Below, one piece after another: positions 31,715 to 42,321 of a DNA stretch of 64,000 bases; positions within the stretch are counted from its first letter, which is position 1; each line of letters starts with the position of its first letter. The translations under genes were made by a program, and so were the position numbers. Origin of the DNA: Clostridia bacterium (GTDB lineage: Bacteria; Bacillota; Clostridia; TANB77; CAG-508). Location: NCBI GenBank assembly GCA_045643205.1, contig JAZUKI010000003.1, forward strand, positions 1 through 64,000. The letters are read 5' to 3'. The notes under the pieces were generated by a model. That model was not told where the DNA came from, did no database searches, and worked only from the letters and a program-made list of their open reading frames with translations.

Positions 31715-34063
31715 TTAATCTATTATTTCTAATCTTGCAAATTTAAGCATTAATCTCTTATGACCAAAGTTTTTAAATTCTATATCTACTTTGTAATCAT
31801 CACCTTCTGGATCTAGTCCTGTAATTACGCCTTCTCCAAATTTCTTATGGAACACTGCTTGTCCAACTTTGTACTTTGTTAAGTCTGCTCCAGAACTTGC
31901 TGTTGAACTGGACATTGATCCTATATTCATATTTTTCAAGAAACTATCCACTGATTTTCCAAATGTAGCTGTTTTAGAACTTGCTATATCCACATTGTCC
32001 ACTGCTTTTTTGGTGATTACTGGTCCATTGTTTTTACTTGTTCTAGATTCAAATTTGCTACCAAATTTACTTCCATATGTCCACTCAAATGAACTATCTT
32101 CAAACTTGTCTGCTGAGTTAGAACTTTCAATTGCATCATCATATCCATTAAATAATTCTTTTGGAATTTCATTAACAAATCTTGATGGTGGATTATAACT
32201 AGTTGATCCGAAAATTGTTCTTTTCTTTGCAAATGTTATATATAAAAATCTCTTTGCCCTTGTTATTCCAACATAAAATAATCTTCTTTCTTCTTGTATG
32301 TCATCTTCACTACCCATTGATAAATTTCCTGGAAAAATTCCCTCTTCAAGTCCTACTAAAAAGATTGCTGGATATTCAAGTCCTTTAGCACTATGAAGTG
32401 TCATCAATGTAACCATATCATCACTTTCTTCTATGTTGTCTGTATCACTTGAAAGTGAAATTCCATTTAAAAATTCTTGTAATGATTTATCAGCAGATTC
32501 CTTTTCAAACTCCATTGCAACAGTTAGCAATTCTTCCAAGTTCTCGATTCTGCTTTGTGCTTCAATTGTGTTTTCAAGTTTTAAAGCATCTGTATAACCT
32601 GTTTTATTTAAAGTTTGTTTAATAATCTCTGAAACAGCGGTTTCTTGATAAACAAGGCCTTTAAGTTCTTCAATAGTATCAACAAAAGCCTTTGTGCTAT
32701 TAACTAATTTAGGCATATATTGATCTGCATGTTTTACTACTTCATACATTGAAACGTTATTTTCATCTGCTATTTTTTGAATATTATCTAAACTTGTTTT
32801 TCCTATTCCACGCTTTGGTTCATTAATTATTCTTGAAAAAGAAATATTATCTGACGAATTAGCAATTAATCTTAAATAAGCAATTGCATCCTTAATTTCT
32901 TTTCTTTCATAGAACTTTAAGCCTCCAATAATTTTATATGGAATATTCTCTCTTCTTAGCACATCTTCAATTGCTCTTGATTGAGAATTCATTCTATATA
33001 AAATTGCAAAGTCTGAATATTTCATATATTCATTTCTTCTTAGATGATTTATTTCTTCTATCACATAAGAAGCTTCTTCATATTCATCTTCACCGCAAAA
33101 AACATTTGGAAGTGTTCCTTCTTCATTTTCAGTCCAAAGTCTTTTTCCATACTTGTCACCATTGTTTTTTATTACTTCGTTTGCAGCTTTTAAAATGTTT
33201 TGAGTACATCTATAGTTTTGTTCAAGTTTTACTATCTGAGTTCCTGGAAAATCTTTTTCGAAGTTCAAAATATTAGTTATGTCAGCTCCTCTGAAACGAT
33301 AAATACTTTGGTCACTATCTCCTACTGCTGTGATGTTTTTATATTTATTTGCAAGTGTTGATATTAATGTAAATTGGGCCTTGTTTGTATCTTGATACTC
33401 ATCAACTAATATATATTTAAATTTGTTTGCATAGTAATCAAGAACATCAGAATTGTTTTGCAAAATCTTAATTGTATAATTAATAATATCATCAAAATCT
33501 ATTGCATTATTATCTTTTAATTTCTTTTGATACAATTCATAACATTTTGCAATTATATCTTTTCTATAATCTCCACCATACATTAATTTATATTGTTCTG
33601 GTTCAATCATTTCATTCTTGCTATTACTAATTTCGCTTAAAACAGACTTTTCACTAAACATTTTGCTATCTATATTAAGTTCTTTAAGAACTTGTTTCAT
33701 TAATGTTTTTTGATCAGTTGTGTCAAATATAATAAATGAAGTATCATAACCCAATCTATCAATAAACTTTCTTAGAATGCGCACACAAATAGAGTGGAAA
33801 GTTCCTAGCCATATATCATTAATTGCATTTCCTACTAAAGCTTCAACTCTCTCTTTCATTTCGTTAGCTGCTTTATTTGTAAATGTAATAGCTAAGATAT
33901 TCCATGGTGCTACTTTCTCATGTTGCATTAAGTATGCAACTTTATATGTAAGCACCTTAGTCTTTCCACTACCTGCCCCTGCAATAACTAGGCAAGGTCC
34001 TTCAGTTTGGACCACTGCCTCTTTTTGCATTGGATTTAATTCATTTAATAAATTGTCTTCCAT
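31715..34063 (-). CDS. pcrA: ATP-dependent DNA helicase PcrA/UvrD
   Basis: AGAGSGKT, TFTNKAA, VDEYQD, QSIYRFRGA, LEQNYR, TLHSAKGLE, EERRLFYVGITRA, C-terminal Tudor-like HKKFGEG. Confidence 0.97.
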   Translation of the reverse strand: MEDNLLNELNPMQKEAVVQTEGPCLVIAGAGSGKTKVLTYKVAYLMQHEKVAPWNILAITFTNKAANEMKERVEALVGNAINDIWLGTFHSICVRILRKFIDRLGYDTSFIIFDTTDQKTLMKQVLKELNIDSKMFSEKSVLSEISNSKNEMIEPEQYKLMYGGDYRKDIIAKCYELYQKKLKDNNAIDFDDIINYTIKILQNNSDVLDYYANKFKYILVDEYQDTNKAQFTLISTLANKYKNITAVGDSDQSIYRFRGADITNILNFEKDFPGTQIVKLEQNYRCTQNILKAANEVIKNNGDKYGKRLWTENEEGTLPNVFCGEDEYEEASYVIEEINHLRRNEYMKYSDFAILYRMNSQSRAIEDVLRRENIPYKIIGGLKFYERKEIKDAIAYLRLIANSSDNISFSRIINEPKRGIGKTSLDNIQKIADENNVSMYEVVKHADQYMPKLVNSTKAFVDTIEELKGLVYQETAVSEIIKQTLNKTGYTDALKLENTIEAQSRIENLEELLTVAMEFEKESADKSLQEFLNGISLSSDTDNIEESDDMVTLMTLHSAKGLEYPAIFLVGLEEGIFPGNLSMGSEDDIQEERRLFYVGITRAKRFLYITFAKKRTIFGSTSYNPPSRFVNEIPKELFNGYDDAIESSNSADKFEDSSFEWTYGSKFGSKFESRTSKNNGPVITKKAVDNVDIASSKTATFGKSVDSFLKNMNIGSMSSSTASSGADLTKYKVGQAVFHKKFGEGVITGLDPEGDDYKVDIEFKNFGHKRLMLKFARLEIID

Positions 34064-34181
34064 TATATGTTTCCTTTTATTCTTCTGTATTTATCTTTAT
34101 TGGTTTGTTTTTATATTATATTGTTTTATTATTTCTTTTTTCTTGTATTTATTATCTTATTTGTTTTGTTTGATTTTATTT

Positions 34182-35243
34182 TTAGTCTTCGTTGCCTTTT
34201 AATTTTTCTGCTGTATCAGCTGCTGTTAAGTTGTCAATCATTTCATCAATATCACCATCTAAGAAGTTTTGGAATCTAAATGTTGAAAATCCAATTCTAT
34301 GATCTGTGATTCTTCCTTGAGGGAAGTTATATGTTCTTACTTTTTCACTTCTATCAGCATTACCAATTTGACTTCTTCTAGCATTGTCTATTTCACTATC
34401 ACGCTTTTCTTTTTCAATATTATATAAACGAGATTGTAAAAGTTTCATAGCGTAATCTTTATTTTGAAATTGTGATCTTTCTGTTTGACATTCAGCAACT
34501 ATTCCTGTTGGAATATGAATTAATCTAACTGCTGATGATGTTTTATTAACATGTTGTCCACCAGCACCTGAAGCTCTATAAACTTCCATTTTGATATCTG
34601 CTGGATTAATAGTAATATCAACATCTCCTACTTCTGGTAAAACAGATACTGATGCTGTTGATGTATGAATTCTTCCGTTTGTCTCTGTTTCAGGAACTCT
34701 TTGAACTCTATGTACACCACTTTCATATTTAAGTCTTGAATATGCACCTGATCCCTTTACCATAAATGAAATTTCTTTATATCCACCAAGTTCTGTTGAA
34801 TTTTCATTTAAAATTTCAATTTTCCAATGTTTTCTTTCACAATACATTGAATACATTCTAAATAATTCACCAGCAAATAGTGCTGCTTCATCTCCACCAG
34901 CACCACCTCTAATTTCACAGATAACATTCTTGTCATCATCTGGATCTTTTGGAATTAATAATATTTTTAATTCTTCTTCAAGTTTTGGTAACTTTTCTTT
35001 AGCTTCTAACATTTCTGCTTCAGCTAAATCTTTCATTTCAGGATCATTCATCAATTCTTTAGATTCCTCTAAATCTTTTTGTGCTGATTTATATTCTCTA
35101 TATTTTTCAATAATAGGCTCTAAATCAGAATGTTCCTTCATAATCTTGCTATATTGTTCACGATCTGAAATTATAGCAGGATCCATTATCTTATTATTTA
35201 ATTCTTCGTATTTTTTCTCTAATTCTTCTAAATTTTCAAACAT
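34182..35243 (-). CDS. prfA: peptide chain release factor 1
   Basis: VQRVPET (PxT), GAGGQHVN, RSEKVRTYNFPQ. Confidence 0.97.
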   Translation of the reverse strand: MFENLEELEKKYEELNNKIMDPAIISDREQYSKIMKEHSDLEPIIEKYREYKSAQKDLEESKELMNDPEMKDLAEAEMLEAKEKLPKLEEELKILLIPKDPDDDKNVICEIRGGAGGDEAALFAGELFRMYSMYCERKHWKIEILNENSTELGGYKEISFMVKGSGAYSRLKYESGVHRVQRVPETETNGRIHTSTASVSVLPEVGDVDITINPADIKMEVYRASGAGGQHVNKTSSAVRLIHIPTGIVAECQTERSQFQNKDYAMKLLQSRLYNIEKEKRDSEIDNARRSQIGNADRSEKVRTYNFPQGRITDHRIGFSTFRFQNFLDGDIDEMIDNLTAADTAEKLKGNED

Positions 35244-35326
35244 AATATATGTGTAAAACTTAAGCCTTTATATCTAAGTTCTACGCACTCCTTTCTTTAA
35301 GCCTACTAATTATACTACATTTTAAA

Positions 35327-37255
35327 CTACATTTCAATCCAATTATGCTCTATCTTAAGTTCTTCTGCTTCTTCTTTTTCTCTTTTTGTACATGTTAAAA
35401 TGATTACTTGATTATCTATTTTTGATAAAATCTGCATCATATTTCCTAATCTATCTTTATCACTATATGCAAATGGTTCATCTAAAATAATTGGGAATGA
35501 TTCTTTTGATAGTTCATTTATTATGCTTAAACGTAATGCTAAATAAATTTGTTCTACTGTTCCTACGCTTAATTTACTAGCATCTACTCTTTGTCCGTTT
35601 TCAAGTTCAACATTTATTCCATCTGTTATAGAAACATTTTTATACTTGCCTTCGCTAAATATTTCAATCATTTTTGAAACTTTTTTATTGTACTCTGGAG
35701 TAATATTTGCTTTCATTTCTTCATATGAATCTTTCAATAATTCTAAAGTCATATCATATATTTTTTTCTTTTCCACTAAAGCATTATATGTTTCTTTTTC
35801 ATTTGCTAATTTTTCTTCATTTTCTGCTAATACTTCCAAAGCAGGTTCTATATTTTGTAACTCTAACTCTTTTTTATGGAGATCTAGCTCTATATTTCTT
35901 ATATTGTTTTTATTGTTTTTCACATAAATATCTATATCTTTATTAAAGAAAATTTCACATTCTTTTCCATAAGTTTTAACTATTTTTTCTTTATTTTTCT
36001 TATTGTCTTCAATCAATTTTTTCTTCATTGAATCAATATTTTCTTCTAATTCAACTATTTCATTTTTCATTTGTTCAATCAAAATAGTTTCTTTACTCTC
36101 GATTTCTTCAGCTTTAATATCTTCGATCTTAATATTTTCATTTTTGCAACCTTCAACTACTTCTTGTGCCTTACTATTCATTCTCTTTTTAACTGCTAAA
36201 AATGAAACTAATCCTAATAAAATTAGTGTTGTAATGCCACAGATTCTTGTTGCTATATCGTTCTTTCCAATTGTTAAGATTATTCCAATAAGACTTACTA
36301 ATAATAAAATTAATGTTATTACAATTGGTATATTGTTTTGTTTTGTTTCCTTTTTATTTGTTTTATTGTCTTCTTGTGTTGCTACCTTTTTTTCTGTCTT
36401 TTCTGTTTTTACTTTTTCTTCTATTCTCTTTAATTCTGTTTTTTTCTTTGAAAGCATGTCTTCATATGGTTTGATTTTTAATTCTTCTTTATTGTTATAT
36501 TCAACTGCTTCCTTGATTTTTTCAAATTGTAACTCATTGTTTTTTTCTTCATTTAATTGTTCTGATAAACTATTCTTTTGGCTCTCTATTTCAAACTTTT
36601 GACTTACAACTGACTTTATTTCTCTAATCTTATTTTCATATAATGCAATGTTCTTTTGTGTTACATTAATAGGTCTTTCAGAAGTTTGATTAGTCCCAAC
36701 TTTTTCCGTAATCATCTTTTTAATATTACCTTCAGCCTTTTTATATGAAATTTCTTCATCTCCACTTTCGGCTAAATTTGCAATTTTTTGTATTAAAACA
36801 TTTTGTGAATCTTGGCTTATTTGTATTTCTCTTTGTCCTGCAAACGCTGTTGCCTCAGCTAAACTTCTATCTAAATTAACTTGTTCAGTAAAGAAATTGT
36901 TTCCCATTTTTTTGTCTATAGAATATTGGTTCGATATATCTTTTCCTGTTGCATCTGTTAACTCTACTTTGTTATTTTTAAAATTTCTAAAAACATTATA
37001 TTCATTCCCGTTGTCTAATTTATAGTTAATAGTTCCAGAAAACTCACCATTATTCCATGGTTCATACTTTTCAAAATCAGACATTGCTTTACCATTTTTG
37101 TTTTTTTGAATTCCATAAAGTGAACTAATAATGTAGTTTTGAAGAGTTGATTTTCCAGATTCATTTTTTCCATATATGATATTAAACTTTTTTAATTCAA
37201 TATTTTTATTATTTAAATTACCAAAGTTATTAATTTTAATTTTGTTAATTTTCAT
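35327..37255 (-). CDS. YhaN/SbcC-like coiled-coil ABC-type ATPase
   Basis: Walker A GKNESGKS, signature LSVGTVEQ, Walker B IILDEPF, long coiled coil with two central TM helices. Confidence 0.85.
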   Translation of the reverse strand: MKINKIKINNFGNLNNKNIELKKFNIIYGKNESGKSTLQNYIISSLYGIQKNKNGKAMSDFEKYEPWNNGEFSGTINYKLDNGNEYNVFRNFKNNKVELTDATGKDISNQYSIDKKMGNNFFTEQVNLDRSLAEATAFAGQREIQISQDSQNVLIQKIANLAESGDEEISYKKAEGNIKKMITEKVGTNQTSERPINVTQKNIALYENKIREIKSVVSQKFEIESQKNSLSEQLNEEKNNELQFEKIKEAVEYNNKEELKIKPYEDMLSKKKTELKRIEEKVKTEKTEKKVATQEDNKTNKKETKQNNIPIVITLILLLVSLIGIILTIGKNDIATRICGITTLILLGLVSFLAVKKRMNSKAQEVVEGCKNENIKIEDIKAEEIESKETILIEQMKNEIVELEENIDSMKKKLIEDNKKNKEKIVKTYGKECEIFFNKDIDIYVKNNKNNIRNIELDLHKKELELQNIEPALEVLAENEEKLANEKETYNALVEKKKIYDMTLELLKDSYEEMKANITPEYNKKVSKMIEIFSEGKYKNVSITDGINVELENGQRVDASKLSVGTVEQIYLALRLSIINELSKESFPIILDEPFAYSDKDRLGNMMQILSKIDNQVIILTCTKREKEEAEELKIEHNWIEM

Positions 37256-37269
37256 TTATAACTCCATAC

Positions 37270-38322
37270 TTATTTTAAACTGTTTAGTAAACTTTCTAAT
37301 ATTTTCTCATATTCTTCTCTTGTTATTTCTTCCGCTTCAACTTTGTCTTTTAACTTCTTAACAAATATTCCTGTTAGTGTCTTATCATTAGGTTTAAGCT
37401 CAATTTCATTTGTTAATTCAGTATTATCTTTAATTTTGATAATACTTTTATTAAGAATATTTATATCTATATCTATACTGAATTTTCTGTTTCCTACTAA
37501 ATGAATTTCATAATACTTATTTTCTTCATTATATGTATTAATTGTTTCTATTAATTCATCTTCATCATTAATATTAGAAATATCTAATTCTAAATTTACA
37601 AATTCTTTGCTGTCTGCTCTAATAAATTCTCTCTTTGATTCTACTTTTCCATTAATTTTTGTTATTTCGCCATAATAGAATCCATGCTCTCCTGGTTCGT
37701 CAAAGCCCAATGAACATAATGATCCTGCATAGTGCTCATCTCTTTTATGAATATGTCCTAATAAAATCAAATCCATCTTTTTTAAATTTGAACTTGCCAA
37801 ATCTATCTTGTTATATTCATCATCTCCATTATTATCTCCATGGCTGACAAATATATTTATCTTGCTTTCATCAATACTTTTAATATCATCATACTTGTAA
37901 TCTTCCATATGAAAATCGTTAAAACCATATCCATAAATATCAATTGCATCGCCATTAATATTGTCGGAAATAAGTTCTAATTCACTATTTAACACTTTTA
38001 CATTATCTGCAAATTTAAACGTGTTATAATAGCAATTTTTAATTCTAGGATCATGATTTCCAGGTACTATGATTACTTTTGTTTCTGGAATTTCTTTATA
38101 TAAATTATTTGTATAATTTACTGTTGATTCTCTAACATATTTATCTTCATATATGTCTCCGCATAGGAACATATAATCAACTCTATTTTTTTTAGCATAT
38201 TCAATAACTTTTTTGAATGCTTCTCTTTGTTCAATTCTTCTTTGTTGTCCTAAATTTATTCTATTTGAAATAGTAGTAAATGGCATATCAAAATGAATAT
38301 CTGCTACTTGAATATATTTCAT
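37270..38322 (-). CDS. YhaO/SbcD-like metallophosphoesterase (DNA repair exonuclease)
   Basis: ADIH, GD, GNHD, SHG and GHIH motifs; paired with the ATPase. Confidence 0.87.
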   Translation of the reverse strand: MKYIQVADIHFDMPFTTISNRINLGQQRRIEQREAFKKVIEYAKKNRVDYMFLCGDIYEDKYVRESTVNYTNNLYKEIPETKVIIVPGNHDPRIKNCYYNTFKFADNVKVLNSELELISDNINGDAIDIYGYGFNDFHMEDYKYDDIKSIDESKINIFVSHGDNNGDDEYNKIDLASSNLKKMDLILLGHIHKRDEHYAGSLCSLGFDEPGEHGFYYGEITKINGKVESKREFIRADSKEFVNLELDISNINDEDELIETINTYNEENKYYEIHLVGNRKFSIDIDINILNKSIIKIKDNTELTNEIELKPNDKTLTGIFVKKLKDKVEAEEITREEYEKILESLLNSLK

Positions 38323-38430
38323 ATTTAATTGAAATCTCCTTTCAATATTTTCATGTTTCGTTTATTTTATATCACATTTTTAAATAAATTCCTATACTTT
38401 ATTCAAACTTTTGTTTCTTTTTCGTAAACT

Positions 38431-38462
38431 AAAAGAGCAAGTATTTTAATTTACTTGCTCTT
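38431..38462 (-). terminator. intrinsic terminator after virD4
   Basis: AAGAGCAAGTA...TACTTGCTCTT. Confidence 0.75.
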
Positions 38463-38476
38463 ACTTATTTTATTTA

Positions 38477-40480
38477 TTAATCATCATAGTTAGTAGTTCC
38501 AAATAACTGATCAAACTTAGCTTCGAGTTGTTTCTCAATATCTAATTCATCATCATCAAATGGACTATCTATTGGTGAAATTGGTTGTATTGTAGATTCT
38601 TCTGTTTCAAAATTTGCACCAGTAAATGTTTCATTTGCTTCATTTGTTTCTTTCTTAGAATCTTCTTCAAGTGCAAAATCATCACTAAATAAATCATCTA
38701 ATGAAGCTATTTCTGTATCTTCATTTTCCAAATTATCATCGCTATTGTATGGATTGAATTTTCTCCATTCGCCTCTATTTCCAATATCATATTCATTATG
38801 ATTTAATTTCAATTTATCAAAATCTTTAACCATTGCTGGCTTTTTATAGTACCAGAATTTCTTTGCCATAATTGGTTTTAAACCTTTTGCAAAGATAATA
38901 CAATTGTCGTTTTCCATTCTTCTTAATTCATCTGGTGTCATTAAAGCTCTAGCCATAATTTGTTCTGATTCGCTATAACCTGTTCTTGTTCTATCGTTCT
39001 TTCTATTAGCAGATTTACTTTCGTGTGTAATTGTTTTTTCACCTAGCTCTTTAGAGAAATACTCAACTGTTGTATATGAGTTACTTCCTAAGAAAATGTG
39101 AGTATCACAGTTACCTATGATAGTTTCATATGACTTTTCATAAATTGATTTTAACTGGTCAAGGTTCTGTAGAATAACGCTGAATGAAATTCCTCTTGAA
39201 CGTGATGTTGAAATCTTTTTATCAAAGTCTGGAATTTGTCCAATGTTTGAGAACTCATCCAAAATAAAGAACATTGGTACAGGTAGCTTTCCACCTGCTT
39301 TATCTGCAAAATCATATAATTGTTGTATTAATTGTGAGAAAAATATTGTTAGCAAGAAGTCATATGCTGTATGTGTATCTGATGAAATAACGAATAATGC
39401 TGTTTTGCTATTTGCTAATTCTTCAAAATCTATTGTATTTGTTGAAGTAACATCTGCGATATCTTTAGAATCAAATTTACCTAATGCAGATTGTAATGAT
39501 GATAAGATTGAACTATATGTTTTATCTGAAGCTAATTCAACAGATTTAAAGTTTGTTCTTGCTGGGTGATCATAAGGCAATTGATTAATTAAATCAGCAA
39601 GCATGTTATTGTCACCATTGTTATTTGCAGCTCTAACTAATTCTGCACATGATGCTAAGTTACATTCTTCTGGTGGACGTTTTGCCATTAAGTAATAAAT
39701 TAATGCTTTTAATAATAACTCTGACATGTTATCCCAATATGGATCTTGTGCTCCACCTGCTTTTTCGCTCTTTTGTCCTCTTACTACTGTACTTGCTATA
39801 ATGTCTACATCAAGTTCTGAACGAATATGTGATAATGGATTGTAACTATCACTACTTTCTGGATTAACTAAGTTTAAAATCTTTACTTTGTATCCATTTT
39901 CTCTGAAATATCCTGCTGTTTTATCATATATTTCTCCTTTAGGATCTGTAAAAATATATGATCCTAAAAGTTGATGTGCATTTGGTATTGAGAATGATGC
40001 AGATTTACCAGAACCAGAACCACCGACAATAAGAACGTTTAAGTTTCCTTTTTTATCTAGTGGTAAATAGTTTTCTTCTGCTAATATTAAGCCATTGTTT
40101 TTGCTAAGTACTCTATATTGTTCTCCACCTTTGCTCCAATCTGAAGAACCATGTTCTTTTCCAGAATACTCTGTTTTCTTTCTTGATCTCCATAAACCTA
40201 AACCAACTACCATAAACCAGAATAATGTAAATATTAAAATATGTTTTACAAATGCAGCCCCACCACCTGGTAAACTAAATATATTAAAACATGAACCTAC
40301 TTCAGAAATATTTTTTATAAATGTTGGTATTGCATCCTTTTCTGAAACTAACTTATTTAAAACTTGAACCTCTGTTTGAGCTATTGGTCCCACTAAAAAA
40401 AAGCATACTAAAACCCAAAATACTATCAATGCAATAATTGGGCCTATATGCTTTTTTACATATACAGAAAAATCATCCAT
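38477..40480 (-). CDS. virD4: VirD4/TraG-family type IV coupling protein
   Basis: two N-terminal TMs, EHGSSDW, Walker A GGSGSGKS, DPKGE, YNPL, Walker B FILDEF, RSRGIS..ILQN..QL, RALMTPDEL; acidic C-tail. Confidence 0.9.
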   Translation of the reverse strand: MDDFSVYVKKHIGPIIALIVFWVLVCFFLVGPIAQTEVQVLNKLVSEKDAIPTFIKNISEVGSCFNIFSLPGGGAAFVKHILIFTLFWFMVVGLGLWRSRKKTEYSGKEHGSSDWSKGGEQYRVLSKNNGLILAEENYLPLDKKGNLNVLIVGGSGSGKSASFSIPNAHQLLGSYIFTDPKGEIYDKTAGYFRENGYKVKILNLVNPESSDSYNPLSHIRSELDVDIIASTVVRGQKSEKAGGAQDPYWDNMSELLLKALIYYLMAKRPPEECNLASCAELVRAANNNGDNNMLADLINQLPYDHPARTNFKSVELASDKTYSSILSSLQSALGKFDSKDIADVTSTNTIDFEELANSKTALFVISSDTHTAYDFLLTIFFSQLIQQLYDFADKAGGKLPVPMFFILDEFSNIGQIPDFDKKISTSRSRGISFSVILQNLDQLKSIYEKSYETIIGNCDTHIFLGSNSYTTVEYFSKELGEKTITHESKSANRKNDRTRTGYSESEQIMARALMTPDELRRMENDNCIIFAKGLKPIMAKKFWYYKKPAMVKDFDKLKLNHNEYDIGNRGEWRKFNPYNSDDNLENEDTEIASLDDLFSDDFALEEDSKKETNEANETFTGANFETEESTIQPISPIDSPFDDDELDIEKQLEAKFDQLFGTTNYDD

Positions 40481-40515
40481 AATTTTTTCCTCTTCTTTTG
40501 TTAATATTTATACTT

Positions 40516-40770
40516 CTATTTTTCTGCAACTTGATTCTTGTCTAAGTTGCCTTGTTTCATATTTATTGCGTAAGCTGTTAGTCTAGCATCTAATCCGTTT
40601 TTCAATTGTTCTTGAATCTCAACAGGAATTGTTGCCGAATTAAATGTTTCTGCCTTTCCTTCAAAAGCTGGTCCTTCTTCGACTTTTTGCGATGTTGGAT
40701 TTTCCATAACTAATTGGTTTCCATCTGTTGAAAATGTACCGCAATTAAAAATAATATCTTCGTTATTCAA
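40516..40770 (-). CDS. hypothetical small acidic protein
   Basis: 84 aa, TTG start after a perfect AAGGAGG RBS, in an operon with virD4. Confidence 0.7.
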   Translation of the reverse strand: MNNEDIIFNCGTFSTDGNQLVMENPTSQKVEEGPAFEGKAETFNSATIPVEIQEQLKNGLDARLTAYAINMKQGNLDKNQVAEK

Positions 40771-40806
40771 GAGAATTTCCTCCTTAAAAATTTAGATTCT
40801 AATCAA

Positions 40807-41319
40807 TTATCTTATTTCAAATGTGAAATAAGATTTATAAGGTTGCAATCTACATGTACCTTTAACTTCATTTGTTGCTTCATCAAGATATAAACTTGGC
40901 TTGATTTCTTCAGCTGTTTCAGGATCTATGATTGTAATTGATCTTGCAAGATTTTGAGTATACTTGAAGTCTTTAAAATCCATAGGAGTCTCTGAATATA
41001 GTGTATTAAATTGAATTGGAATTTGAGTTTTATTAAACTTAATTCTATCGTCTTTCAACTGTCCCATATTTACTGAAACTTTATCTTTTGAAAAAGATAA
41101 AATTACTAAATTCTCTCCCTCTGGTTCAGGAAAATCAACAAAGAAAGTCTTCTTTACAAAAGTTCCAGCGAACTCTTCTGAAGACACTACTCTTTCAGCT
41201 TTATACTTTAAAGTTGGTGTTTGATATTCCTTAGCTAATTTATCTATTCTATAAATTACTGTTTTTACACCTTGAGGTTGTTGAATGCTAAAGAATTTTC
41301 CAGTCATTTCTTGAGACAT
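40807..41319 (-). CDS. hypothetical beta-rich protein
   Basis: 170-aa ORF, GAGG RBS, directly below a consensus promoter. Confidence 0.75.
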   Translation of the reverse strand: MSQEMTGKFFSIQQPQGVKTVIYRIDKLAKEYQTPTLKYKAERVVSSEEFAGTFVKKTFFVDFPEPEGENLVILSFSKDKVSVNMGQLKDDRIKFNKTQIPIQFNTLYSETPMDFKDFKYTQNLARSITIIDPETAEEIKPSLYLDEATNEVKGTCRLQPYKSYFTFEIR

Positions 41320-41367
41320 TTTTTATCCTCGCTTTCCAAATCATTTTTCATAAGTAAACACATAATA

Positions 41368-41396
41368 ATTATAGTCCTTTTTCCCTTAAAAGTCAA
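41368..41396 (-). promoter_or_regulatory. sigma-A promoter of the hyp-hyp-virD4 operon
   Basis: TTGACT-17 bp-TATAAT. Confidence 0.75.
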
Positions 41397-41408
41397 TGAT
41401 ACCAAAGA

Positions 41409-42278
41409 TTATCCTTTGGTATCATTGTCTTTTAATTCTATATATAATTTTTTACTTTTTTCATCAATTTTATTTGAGAAAACTATTTGTGTTATTACTC
41501 TTAAATCTCCCCTTCTGCCGTCTCCTATTTTGTAGCCTTTACCTCTAATAATTATGTTTTGATTACTATTGGTCTTTTCAGGAATAATTATAGATATTCT
41601 TTCATTTAATATTTCTATTGTTTTTGTTGTTCCTAAAGCCGCTTCCCACACTTTAAGTGGTAACATTGTTGCTAAATTGTTTCTCTCTAAATGAAGATTT
41701 TTTGCATCCTTAATATTAATAACTACTACCAAATCTCCATTTTTTCCACCGTCTTTACCTGGTTTTCCTTGTCCTACTAATCTAATCTTTTCTCCATTTT
41801 GAATTCCTTCAGGTATTTTTATATCAATAGATTTATCTTTACCATCTATATTTTTTAACTGTAGCTTTTTATTTACTCCAAAAAACGCTTCTTCAATTGA
41901 AACATCAATCTTTGTAATAATATCTTCTCCATACTTAGGTGTAAGTTTTGGTTTTTCTTTAACTACTTTTCCTTCTTCACCTAAGAAAATTCCTATTAAA
42001 TTATCTTTCAATGATTTCTTTTCTTCTTTTGTAGTAGGTTTTGATTCTTTTCCTGAATATCTTTTCCATTGAAAATCATATTTTCTTTTTGTCCTATCAT
42101 TAGACAATACTTTATATGCTTCATTTATATCTTTAAAAACTTCTTCGTAATCTGCATTTCCAACATTCATATCAGGATGATATTTTTTTGCTTTTTCACG
42201 ATAAGCAGTTTTTATTTCATCTTCTGTTACTTTATTAGAATCAAGACCTAATATTTTGTAGTAGTCTTTAAAAACCAT
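41409..42278 (-). CDS. DnaJ-class (CbpA-like) J-domain co-chaperone
   Basis: KDYYKILG, HPD, INEAYKVLS, C-terminal KIPEG/IRLVGQG/GDL; no zinc finger. Confidence 0.88.
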   Translation of the reverse strand: MVFKDYYKILGLDSNKVTEDEIKTAYREKAKKYHPDMNVGNADYEEVFKDINEAYKVLSNDRTKRKYDFQWKRYSGKESKPTTKEEKKSLKDNLIGIFLGEEGKVVKEKPKLTPKYGEDIITKIDVSIEEAFFGVNKKLQLKNIDGKDKSIDIKIPEGIQNGEKIRLVGQGKPGKDGGKNGDLVVVINIKDAKNLHLERNNLATMLPLKVWEAALGTTKTIEILNERISIIIPEKTNSNQNIIIRGKGYKIGDGRRGDLRVITQIVFSNKIDEKSKKLYIELKDNDTKG

Positions 42279-42321
42279 CTATATCCTCCACAAGTAACAA
42301 TTAACTTTTTCGCATTATACA

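Noticed and set aside
38477-40480. Integrative conjugative element around virD4
   Set aside because: No integrase, relaxase, VirB4 or att repeats; the flanks are housekeeping genes
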